DNA of 64,000 nt, from assembly GCA_030704615.1 (NCBI GenBank), contig CM060731.1, positions 11,222,001-11,286,000 of the forward strand, in the 5' to 3' direction. Origin of the DNA: Takakia lepidozioides (Eukaryota; Plantae; Bryophyta). Both the position numbers and the translations under genes were made by a program. Of the stretch, positions 1 through 10,091 are shown piece by piece (within the stretch, counting starts at the first letter, position 1; the number at the start of each line of letters is the position of its first letter). A model generated the notes under the pieces. It saw only the letters and a list, made by a program, of their open reading frames with translations, did not search any database and was not told the DNA's origin.

Positions 1-524
1 CAGTAGACCTTCGTTGGAACTCTTGCAAGCTCCGCAACTTCTCTGTTCTTATCCCTTGGTAGTTTCTCCTCAACTCCTCGAAGAACTCCACAACTGGGTT
101 AAAGGCAAGCACGGGTGCTAGTGCTAAAACAAGAGCTTAAGTGGATTTCCCAGCTCCTGTACCACTTGTCCCACTACTAGTGCTTGCAGTTGGGGATGTT
201 GGTGTAGCTGTTGTCGCCACTGCCCTTGTGTCTCTAGTGATGGAGACATAGTTAGGTGACCAATACTCTCGCCACTCCTTAATCTTCATTGCATCTCCCC
301 GCCTAAATTCATGGTAATCATCCATGGGCGGCCCCTCACGGTGCTGGAATAGCCCCTTCTACGCCATAAAGGGCGTAAACAGTTGTGGATTGCGCATTTG
401 CTGCAAATCATACCAACTGTCAAACTCCTGTATGAAGTCATCAAGTTTGATGGTGCCCACAGCTCCAGAGTACCTACATGGCCCCTTGGTAGCTCCATAC
501 ATCTCCTCCATTGTGTCCAACCAC
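1..524 (-). pseudogene. Retrotransposon gag remnant, downstream part (in-frame stops)
   Basis: WLDTMEEMYGATKGPCRYSGAVGTIKLDDFIQEFDSWYDLQ...FFEELRRNYQG resembles retrotransposon gag; premature stops at ~359 and ~137. Confidence 0.65.
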
Positions 525-3491
525 CCCGAGGCCTTCGTCATTGAAGCTATTCTCGGCATCAAGACTCAAACCTCCCTCGACGTATACGGCGCCACTTGTG
601 TTGACACATATTACCTATGTAAATGGGCGGGTTTCCCTGCTACTGATAACACCTGGCAGATCAAAGACGATCTCTTTGGGACCCATGATGATTGCGACCC
701 TACTCACAACTGTAGCCTCCTTATCACCTTCTACAAAACAACTAACACCAATTACTTAGCGTACACCCACCAACATCATGTTTCTCAAACCCAACCAATC
801 GATGCCCGATACATCCGTACCCCCTTGAATGCTCCATATATTCATATACACATCTCTGAATGCAACCCCGACAAAGATATTACCCAAATCTTCCCCATTA
901 TATGCCCTAGGCGCCTGACATCCCATATCTACACACTTAACGGTCACTTCACCGGCTCTATATCTAATGTCAGACTCGCCTGGCTCTAGAATAGATATGA
1001 CGCCTCCTCCACTGACACCATCCTGTTACAACCCCCAAAACAAGACTTCGCCACTGAGGTCTGCTGGCTTGTTGACCGATACTTACGCGATACCCCCACG
1101 AAAAAAACCCCACACCCCTGATAAACTAGCTCAAGCATATACCCATAGCACTATACCCTCCGACATCCTCAAATTCCTCGTCTCTACATTCCAGCTTACC
1201 CACTCATACTACTCCAGCCCACCTATATGCCCCCTGGAGCTTCTTCTTACGCCAGCCCGCATCCTCGAGACTGTGTATTTGGAGCCTTGGGCCCCGCTAC
1301 CCAACACTCTTGGTCCGGCGGTGGCCTTGCACACCCACCTCCCAGGCCCTCACACATGAGGCTCTCCTATGGGAGCGCCTCGCTACCCACTCCTCCCCCT
1401 CCGCCTACACTATTCTCATTCTTACTCATCAAAGCTCACCTGATCACCAACATCCCCTTCTACAACTTCATCCAGAAGTAATACTGTTAGCCACTATTGA
1501 ACCCAACCATCTTCGCTACACACACAACCTACCATTCCCAAAATACCTCCGCCACAAAGAAACTATCTGACCCTAATTCTGCTTGTTTAGGCTACCTCAT
1601 GACCCCCCATACCCTCCGACTTCCCCGCTCATCTCAATCGTCTACTTTCCGATACCCATAACATGTTACTCACGCCATATGTACTCATCTCCACCCACAT
1701 GCAACCCCACCGCTAGGCTACCCACTAAGCTAAAAGCATGGACCTTAGCACCCCCCCCGCCCCAGCCCCACTCATACTATCTCCCACAACGCCCCCCCCC
1801 AGGTTCACCTTGGGCCCACTTCCCCAAAATACCCCCCCCCCCCCCTCCACTCATACTACACAGACGGCTCCCAATTTGGCTCCTGCGCCGAATACGGCGT
1901 CTACCATGCTGCTACTAACAAAGGTACTGCACATCGTCTCCCAGGCCCCACGACCATACTCGGCGCCGAACTTATGGCCATTTTTGAAGCTCTGTCACAA
2001 CTGGCCTCGTTCCCACCCCCATACTACATCTTCACAGATAGCCTAAATTCTCTCTTTATACTTCACAACCACTTGGCTTGTCCCTCCTCCCACCTCCACC
2101 ATCTTGACCGAAACCTTGTCACCGCCATTATTAACCTAGCCATTTCCATCAATAAACCCCTTCATTTTCTCAAAGTTCATTCACACACAGGTATCCATGG
2201 CAACGAGGAGGCTGACCTCCTCGCCCAACTGGGTGTCTCCCAACCTACAGTTGAACCCTTGGATGACCCAATACACATCGTTCATACTCACCCCTTTTGG
2301 CTTATACACCCAGTGATCCCCCAATGTCCAGGCCAATCCGAAATCTTCTTACTACCCTGACCAAAGAAGCCAATAAACAGGCCTCTACCTCCCTCAGCCA
2401 CACCAAACTGCATATCCAAAAGTGGACCCTCTCCGATGTACTCCACCACAAACTCTCCAACCACTTCTGGTACACCAAAACTTCTTCAGACGCTCAAATA
2501 CGACAGACCCTTAAATTCCGTTACGCCCAGTACATGGGCCACCAACGCAAACACACCTTCTGGCCAGCCATATACCCCTCACTAACTGCCCTCTGTGCTC
2601 CCACATCCACGCCACACGTGATACCTGGCTCCACCTTCTTAACCAATGTCCACACCCAATCATTCATGGACTTCATATTGCATTACACAATCACGCTGTA
2701 TGGCACATCCACAAACTCCTACAACGACGTAATGAAACCAGATGGTTTTCACTCATCAATGCGGGCACCTACCAAGGTCGGCCCCCAGACGACACGGTAC
2801 CTACGTGGCTACTCCCATGTATATGCCGCCCCCACACATCATGTACATGCCCTTCCCGCCTCTATCGGCCAGATATCCTCATCCAGGGGCTCCCCATCAA
2901 CGTCCCACCGCCCTCTGCCCCGTCCCCTGCCATTACCATACACTTATTAGAATTCACAGTTTGCAATGACCGCTTCCCCAGCTCCTCCATCCTCGAAAAA
3001 TGCCAAAAATATGCACCACTCATTCTTGCTATCCGTCGGATGGGATGGGCCACAGGCCCCCTCATTGTCATCACTGCCGGCACCAGAGGGGGCATCCACA
3101 AGGCCACTGTCTCGGAACTTAAAAATAACTTTAATCTTCCTATCATCTCCATCCATAAATGCTTCAAAGCCATACACCTCACGACCCTCAGTTCTCTCAC
3201 TGCTATCATCACCAACAAACGACAACTTGAATCAAACCCTGCTCTTGTCTCCTAGATACATATATTTGGATACCCGGCGGGTACCCATGGGGTGCCCCCC
3301 TGGGGCCCCCCTTGGGTACCACATGATACCGTCTCTACTACCACCCCCCCAGACTGGCTACTTGGTGTCCCTTGGACACCGGTTATTCTTACATAGGGCC
3401 CACCCCTAAAAGGGGGCAGTAGCCGTAAGGCGAAGTGGCTCTTAGTTACGTCGGCCTCGGTCGGAGTCTTCTCTCTCTCTCTCTCTCTCTC
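525..3491 (+). mobile_element. 5'-truncated RLE-type non-LTR retrotransposon (Dualen/RandI-like), frameshifted
   Basis: In order: chromodomain-like FVIEAIL..YYLCKWAGFPATDNTW (~530-730); adenine-MTase-like block (~1140-1345); RNase H YYTDGS/AELMAI/FTDSLNS/KVHSHTGIHGNEEAD (~1850-2230); CPLC..H...C knuckle plus LHN (~2585-2695); RLE RPDIL..EFTVCND..KCQKY (~2865-3020). Stop at 3255, (CT)n tail to 3491, CCAC on both flanks (521-524, 3492-3495). Confidence 0.85.
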
Positions 3492-3638
3492 CCACAACAA
3501 TGACACGGAAATGACTTGCACCCTCGGCGAGAATCCTCCTGACTCCGAGTCTGAACCTTCCTCAGAAGACACTGAAGGTGAAGGTGGCCTAAACCGCACA
3601 CCTCGTCTTGTGTACCCACTAGTATCGCTGGTGCTCAT
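3492..3638 (-). pseudogene. gag N-terminus of the outer LTR element
   Basis: MSTSDTSG...VISVSLLW joins in frame to LDTMEEMYG (520 downward) once the LINE and one CCAC copy are removed. Confidence 0.65.
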
Positions 3639-3770
3639 ACCGACACTCCCCTCAGCAACTGGTGGCACCTCTGTGATGAAAACTCACAACCCAACCGGTT
3701 GTCAACCTGTCTCTAATCCCCACTTTCCACAATGTAACCGGGTAGAAAACCTGTTGCGGCTAGTGGTTCA

Positions 3771-4789
3771 TGTTAGAGGACTGTCGGGGACTTAGACACT
3801 TATACGGGATCTGTAGGGTACCCTTAATTTTTGTACAGACTGAGACCAACAGGAGCCTTAGGGGTGACAGCAGCGCACTGTAGAAGGGGGTTATACAGCC
3901 GTCACAGTCGTCACAGCCGACACAGCCAACACAGTCGTCACAGTCGTCACAGCCAACACAGCCAACACAGCCCGTCACAGTCGTCACAGCCGACACAACC
4001 AACACAGCCCGTCACAGTCGTCACAGCAGACACAGCCGACACAGCCGACACAGCCCGGCACAGCCACACAGCCAGTCACAGCCCGACACAGCCAAACACA
4101 GTCGCACAGCCAGTCACAGCCCGTCACAGTTTCACACAGCCAGTCACAGCTTGACACAGCTGTCACGATCATAGGGAACGAAGAGTAGGACAGGGAACGA
4201 CTGTGGGGAACAACACCTGCGAAGGGAACATGTTAGTTCACAGACGACGGTTAGTGAGGGAAACGGTTAGAACCGCGGATAGGAAGATAAAGGGAGAAAC
4301 GGGGAATTGAGGGACATCATTCGGAGGAGGACTTCTTGGTGATAGAGGAGAGGGGATCGGGCAGAGATGAAGAACGGAAGTGAAGATAGAGAGATGATGA
4401 GTAGATGCTTGATATATGCAAGGCTGTAATGATATTGTAGAGCAGATTAGAGACACAATGGCTTCGGCCTGATACCTGATAAATCATAATCGGATACTTT
4501 TACGATACAATCACACTGTGTAGAGAGATCTGAGTGAAGCTGTGGAATGAATGGATGAGTTGATGGAATCCAATAGATTGATAAAGCAAACTGATACTTA
4601 ATTATCAATGGTAAGATAGTTAACATGAATACCAAAAGGGAAACAAATAGGAAACACCCCCATGATACACTAGCTGTAGGTCATGACTGATTGTTCTGCG
4701 CGGGCTGAGTACTTAGAGATTTCCAACTCTTCATCTTGGAGTTTCCGCCTCGAATAGCGAAGGGATGGGTGAGTAAAAGCCGCGCGACA
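3771..4789 (+). repeat. 5' LTR
   Basis: TGTTAGAGGA...GCGCGACA; direct repeat of 23579-24598; contains a CACAGC-rich array at ~3895-4165. Confidence 0.97.
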
Positions 4790-5377
4790 TTTGGCGACCA
4801 TACTGGGGACCTGGGACATGAACAACCAGATGTGACAGGCATCTGGTGGGATCATGGTGGTTGGACCATTAAAGAATTTGAAGTGAATCAAATTCCCTGT
4901 GGAACGAAGGAAGAAAGATTGTCCAAACAATTCTTTCAAAGGTTCTTGGAATTGCCAGACGGTTGTAAAGAAAATATTCTTAAACGAGTGCATGATGCTG
5001 ATCCAGAATGGGGTCTGGAGAAAGGAGTGATAAAGATTTATCAGGTAGCCTGTAGAGGAAGAGCACGTTGGTTACCAACATTGGTTTATGTGATAGCATT
5101 GCTATCCATTAAACGAGTAGAGTTTGAAGGCTGGGAAGAAAGAAAGGTGAATGTTTATACTCATATGCATGAAGAGCTTGTACTGGTAAAGAATTGGATT
5201 CCAAAGGATATTTTGTGGATCAAACTCACACCAAGAACAGCTTTTCAGACTTGTTTGCCATATGGTTATATGGTAACGGAGACTTCAAGTATAGCCAAGG
5301 GTGCATTGAAGCTTGAAAGAAACCCAGGCATATACGAGAGATATTACAGAAGAGAGTTTTGGTTATTGCCACATTAA
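4683..5377 (+). CDS. Extra ORF upstream of gag (ORF0, ~231 aa), starting inside the LTR; 1-bp deletion in this copy
   Basis: 4736-5377 is open but has no early ATG. The 3' LTR has one extra A (TCTTCAATCTTG vs TCTTCATCTTG) that puts the LTR ATG (4683/24491) in frame. Confidence 0.55.
4792..4810 (+). promoter_or_regulatory. Primer binding site (TGGCGACCATACTGGGGAC)
   Basis: TGG-initiated motif 2 nt after the LTR end; resembles the TGGCGAC...CTGGGGA PBS of non-chromovirus gypsy elements. Confidence 0.85.
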
Positions 5378-5398
5378 AAGAAATGAAAGACATGGGAC

Positions 5399-6867
5399 AT
5401 GAGTGATGAAAGAGAAGCTAGACGACAGAGATATTCAGCAAAAAGAGAAAGCTATCTGAAAGCTAATTATCCATATCTTTGGGAGAGAGGAATAGACATA
5501 GGGGAATCATCTGGACCTCTCACACCATTAAGATCAAAGAGTGCATCACCTATACCGGAAGAACTAGAGTTGGATGCCACTCCTTCTGTTTCTTTGCAAG
5601 AAAGATTAAGGGAATTGGTACAGGAAGAAGATCAATCACGAGGTGAAAGATCTGAGGTACATCCTTGGATAAAAGATTTGACAGAAATCTTTGATAAGAG
5701 TTGGCATGGAACACCAAAAGCAGGAACTCCAGTTTCTGAAGCAGAAGGTGAAGAAGGAGAAGAGGATGTGGCAGAGCCAACGGAGAGTTCAGACTCTCCA
5801 ACACCATTACAGTTGAGTTACATGAGTGAAGAAGAAACCCAAGGGCAGAACTTGGAGGATGAAAACAGAGAGAAGAAATTGGAAGAGGAAGAATATGAAG
5901 AAGTAGACCCAACAGCTGAGGTTGAGACTACAACCAGGACATCCCAACCCGTTGGACCTGGATCAAGTGGAGCACTTGGATCACAGGCCAACGAAGGTGT
6001 CGGCTCAGGGGGATCAGGCGGGCTGCCTGGATCTGGCTCTGGGGGGACAGGGAGTGTGGGAAGTAGTGCAACTGAAGCTGGGAATACTGTGAATATCGTG
6101 GGGCCAGAAGCAAGGAGTGCTCAAGGGCCACCACTTGGTGGAAGATCCACCACAAAAACAACAGGTCCAGAAGGACCAGCACCAGCAAGGGTGCCAGCAC
6201 CTGTCAGTGGGCAGAAGGTAGGGCCACAGATGGCGTTACAACCAACACGGGCAAAACCACCCTTTCCAATATATTCAGGAAAAGGGGATCCCGATGTACA
6301 CATTAGCCAATTTGAGCACATGTGTATAGTGAACAATGAGAATGGCGATGATGCCAAGATGAGATGTTTCCTTGTTCACTTATCAAGAAAGCAAGTGAAT
6401 GGTATGCAAGATTCCCTGATAATCATTTCCTAACCTGGAATGGCTTGAATACAGCATTTCGAAATAGGTTCAGGACAAGTAAAACTGAGGATGAAGTGTA
6501 TGGAAGTTTACAACAGCTGAAGCAGAAGAAGCATGAAACTGTTGAAGAGTATATGGAGAAGATGGAATTGATGATGAAAAAGCTGGCTGCAGTACCAGCG
6601 CCCGGGTTACAGAAGACTTGGTTTGTGAGTGGACTAAGACCAGAGTTGCAAAAGAAAGTGGATATGTTACCCCATAATACAGTGGAGGAGGCATTTGAAA
6701 CTGCGAACAGAATTGAGCAATTGGGAATGCTCAGGAGAGAGAAAAAAGAAGATGAGGACTCTGAGGATGAGTCAGATGAAGAAGAAGAGCAAGAACTAAA
6801 AAGAAAGAGTAAGAGAAAGGAGAAGTTGAAGAGGGATAACTATGAAAAAAATTGGAAGAAATCTTGA
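5399..6867 (+). CDS. gag: Gag (capsid part), 1-bp frameshift near 6370
   Basis: FPIYSGKGDPDVHISQFE, then FPCSLIKKASEWY..TWNGLNTAFRNRF..LKQKKHETVEEY..WFVSGLRPEL (retrotransposon gag motifs). Confidence 0.9.
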
Positions 6868-9800
6868 AGAAGTATGCCACAGAGGCTGCAACACATTGGA
6901 GGAAGGGTGTATGGTGTGCAAAGTGCCAGAATGAAGGCCATACCACCACAGAATGCCACATGAAGGAGAAACACTGTACTATCTGTAAAATGGATAACCA
7001 TTCTACTGAGAATTGTTACTACAACAGAAGGACAGCTGCAAGAGAACCTAGGCAAGTAAGGGTGCATCAGGTGCAGCCCCAGCCAAGAAGAAACAATGAT
7101 CAGGACCACTATGGTAGGTCTGGTGGTTATAACAATGGCATGGAAGGGAGAGGTAATTCAAGAGGGAATTACCAAGGAAATTCCAGAGGCAACTATCAGG
7201 GTAATCCAAGGGGGAATTACCAGCCCGGGAATCAGGATTATAGAAATAATCCAAGAACAGACCAAGGGCGAGGACCCAATGGTGAAGAGCTATGTTACTA
7301 TTGTAATCAGCCAGGACATCGCAAGGCAGCCTGTTCATTCTGGATAAGACACCAGAATGAGATGAGAGCTCCTGTGAATGAGGGCCCAGTGGTGGCAGCT
7401 CACATGGTTAGGCCATGTGTTGTACCAGAAGTAAGTACAATGATAGTAACAAGAAGTAAAGCCAAACTAATACCTCCAGTAGAAGAGGAAGAAGATGAGA
7501 CTGGAAGTGGCAATGATATGCCTGAAGATGAAGAGACTTGGAAAGATGAGAAGGAACTGCACAAGGAAGTGGCAGATACTATAAGGGAAATGCAAAAGAG
7601 TACTGATATTCCTGTGGCAGATTCCTCTGATTCGGATGGAGAAAAAGAAGGGAGTGAGGAAGAAAGGAAAAAAGAAGATGCAGACATGCAAAGTAATGAA
7701 GAGACTTTGGCTGAAGTAATATGTCAGACCAAAGCAGAAATTACCATTGGACAGCTATTAGCTGTGGCACCTTATTGTAGGCACAGGCTGTATCAAGCAA
7801 TCAATCGAATTGCCCAAGAGACAGGAAACACAGACCTGAACAGCAAGGTGACCAGTTATAATGTGAAGCCGGAAGGGCGAGAAACAGTCATGGACTTTGA
7901 TGATTCTATGCCAGTAATCCAATTGAGAATTGGAAGCACAGAACTAACTGATGTACTGATAGATGGTGGTTCTGGAGTAAATATCATGACAGACCAATTA
8001 AGGAAGAAGCTTGGTCTAAGTAACATGAAACCAGCCCCATTTACAGTAACAATGGCAGATCAAAGAAGTGTACAGCCATTGGGATTAATAAGAGGAGTTA
8101 AGATACAGATACAGAAAATGATCTTTATGATCACAGTAACTGTATTAAAAATGGATGAAGTCATGGAGGCTTACTCCTTATTATTGGGACGTCCGTGGCT
8201 GAAACAGGCCAGGGTATTCCATGACTGGAATTCTCAGTTACTAACCGTGCATAATGGGATACACGAGATACAAATTACCACAAAGAAATCTAGTAGATTA
8301 CCTGCTACAAGAAGACCTCGAGGAGTCAGAGAGTATGACTGGAGAGGAGGACTGGATGAGGAGCAGGAAGCTACCCTATTTGCTGCACACCCAGAGTGGG
8401 AGCAGGTTGCAGAGATGCGGCTGGAAAGCCTAAGTTGTTTGAGAGGTATCTGCTGTGGTGTAGTGACAGCAACACCAACTGAAGAGGAAACCAGCATTTA
8501 CCCATCACATTTCTATGAAGAAAGAGAAGGAGAAATAGAAATCCTAGAAGAACCAGCCACTGTGAGCTTACAGGATGAAGTGGTGACTGGTTGGACAATC
8601 ACAGCTGATGAGCAGGTGAGAGAAGTAAATGTGGGAACTAAAGAGGAACCGAGGATGGTGAAAGTAGGAGCTGATTTGGAGCCGGAATTCTTCGAAGAAG
8701 CTAAAAGCTTGTTCATCAAATACAGAGATGTATTTGCTTGGAGCTATGAGGATCTAAAAGGGATACCACCTGAAGTCTGTCAGCATAAGATTGAACTGGA
8801 ACCAGGGTCAGTACCAATCAAGCAGGCGAGGTATAGAATGAATCCCAACTACGCACAGAAGGTTGGAGAAGAGATAAAGAAGTTGGCTGAGGCTAAGTTT
8901 ATATACCCAATAGAGTATACAACTTGGTTGTCACCCATTGTTATAGTTCCCAAGAAGAATGGCAAACTAAGAGTATGTGTGAACTATAAGAAGCTGAATG
9001 CTTGTACGAAGAAAGATCCTTTCCCTTTGCCATTCACAGAAGCAGTATTAGACACTGTGGCAGGCCATGAGATGTACTCATTCATGGATGGCTTCAGTGG
9101 TTATAATCAAGTGCAAGTGGCAGAAGAAGACCAAGGGAAAACAGCTTTCATCACAGACTGGGGGGCTTATGCATACAAAGTCATGCCCTTTGGACTTTGT
9201 AATGCACCAGCGACCTTTCAGAGAGTGATAAGTGAATCTTTTCATGAGTATCTGGATGATTTCATGCAGGTATTCTTGGATGATTTCAGTGTGTACAGCT
9301 CTAAGAGTGAGCACTTGCATAAATTGGAGTTATGTTTGGCCAGATGCAGGATGAGAGGTCTGGGCCTGAATCCAGAGAAGTGTACTTTCTGTGTGAACTC
9401 AGGGGTGCTTCTGGGACACATTGTGTGTAAGAAGGGACTCCTTGTGGATCCCAGAAAGACAGAGTCCATTAAAGCCTCTCCACCACCAGTGAATGTTAAA
9501 AGTCTACGGAGATTCCTTGGGCAAACCAGTTATTACAGGAGATTTGTCAAAAGGTATGCACAAATAGCAGCACCATTGAGCAAACTACTGAAGAAAGATG
9601 CAGTGTTTGCCTGGACAGCTGAATGTCAACAGGCATTTGAGGAACTTACACTGTCAGTAACAACTACACCTGTGCTGATTAACCCTCACTGGCATGTAGT
9701 ATTCCATGTTCACTGCGATGCATCAGGAGAAGCGTTGGGAGCGGTGTTAGCCCAGAATGTTACAGGGAATATAGATTCACCTGTGTACTATGCTAGCCGG

Positions 9801-10091
9801 TTGATGAACAGTGCTGAGAGGAACTATAGCACAACGGAAAGAGAAGCATTGGCAATGATCTATGCAGTGAAGAAATTCAGGCATTACCTGTTGGGCAAGA
9901 AGTTTATGTTCTATGTGGATCACCAGGCTCTGATATACCTGGTAAACAAACCTCTGATAAGCGGAAGAATAGCAAGATGGTTGATAATCTTGCACGAGTT
10001 TGAGTTCGAGGTTGTTTACAAGCCTGGAGACTGCATCTTGTGGCGGATCATTTGTCACGATTGTCAACAGGAGAACCAGCCACAGGAATAG
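6852..10091 (+). CDS. pol: Gag zinc knuckles, protease, reverse transcriptase and RNase H
   Basis: Three CX2CX4HX4C knuckles; VLIDGGSGVNIM protease; MPFGLCNAPATFQR and FLDD in RT; HCDASG and NYSTTEREALA in RNase H. Confidence 0.95.
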   Translation: MEEILKKYATEAATHWRKGVWCAKCQNEGHTTTECHMKEKHCTICKMDNHSTENCYYNRRTAAREPRQVRVHQVQPQPRRNNDQDHYGRSGGYNNGMEGRGNSRGNYQGNSRGNYQGNPRGNYQPGNQDYRNNPRTDQGRGPNGEELCYYCNQPGHRKAACSFWIRHQNEMRAPVNEGPVVAAHMVRPCVVPEVSTMIVTRSKAKLIPPVEEEEDETGSGNDMPEDEETWKDEKELHKEVADTIREMQKSTDIPVADSSDSDGEKEGSEEERKKEDADMQSNEETLAEVICQTKAEITIGQLLAVAPYCRHRLYQAINRIAQETGNTDLNSKVTSYNVKPEGRETVMDFDDSMPVIQLRIGSTELTDVLIDGGSGVNIMTDQLRKKLGLSNMKPAPFTVTMADQRSVQPLGLIRGVKIQIQKMIFMITVTVLKMDEVMEAYSLLLGRPWLKQARVFHDWNSQLLTVHNGIHEIQITTKKSSRLPATRRPRGVREYDWRGGLDEEQEATLFAAHPEWEQVAEMRLESLSCLRGICCGVVTATPTEEETSIYPSHFYEEREGEIEILEEPATVSLQDEVVTGWTITADEQVREVNVGTKEEPRMVKVGADLEPEFFEEAKSLFIKYRDVFAWSYEDLKGIPPEVCQHKIELEPGSVPIKQARYRMNPNYAQKVGEEIKKLAEAKFIYPIEYTTWLSPIVIVPKKNGKLRVCVNYKKLNACTKKDPFPLPFTEAVLDTVAGHEMYSFMDGFSGYNQVQVAEEDQGKTAFITDWGAYAYKVMPFGLCNAPATFQRVISESFHEYLDDFMQVFLDDFSVYSSKSEHLHKLELCLARCRMRGLGLNPEKCTFCVNSGVLLGHIVCKKGLLVDPRKTESIKASPPPVNVKSLRRFLGQTSYYRRFVKRYAQIAAPLSKLLKKDAVFAWTAECQQAFEELTLSVTTTPVLINPHWHVVFHVHCDASGEALGAVLAQNVTGNIDSPVYYASRLMNSAERNYSTTEREALAMIYAVKKFRHYLLGKKFMFYVDHQALIYLVNKPLISGRIARWLIILHEFEFEVVYKPGDCILWRIICHDCQQENQPQE

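Noticed and set aside
3415-3440. Hammerhead ribozyme suggested by GCCGTAAGGCGAA
   Set aside because: The CTGANGA core is missing and GAAA reads GAAG.
3760-4172. His/Ser- or Cys-rich ORFs in the LTRs (also 23511-23983, 11397-11831)
   Set aside because: Translations of the CACAGC repeats.
6840-6856. Programmed -1 frameshift at A AAA AAT
   Set aside because: It falls before the Gag zinc knuckles and is one of several similar 1-bp losses; a homopolymer error or mutation is more likely.
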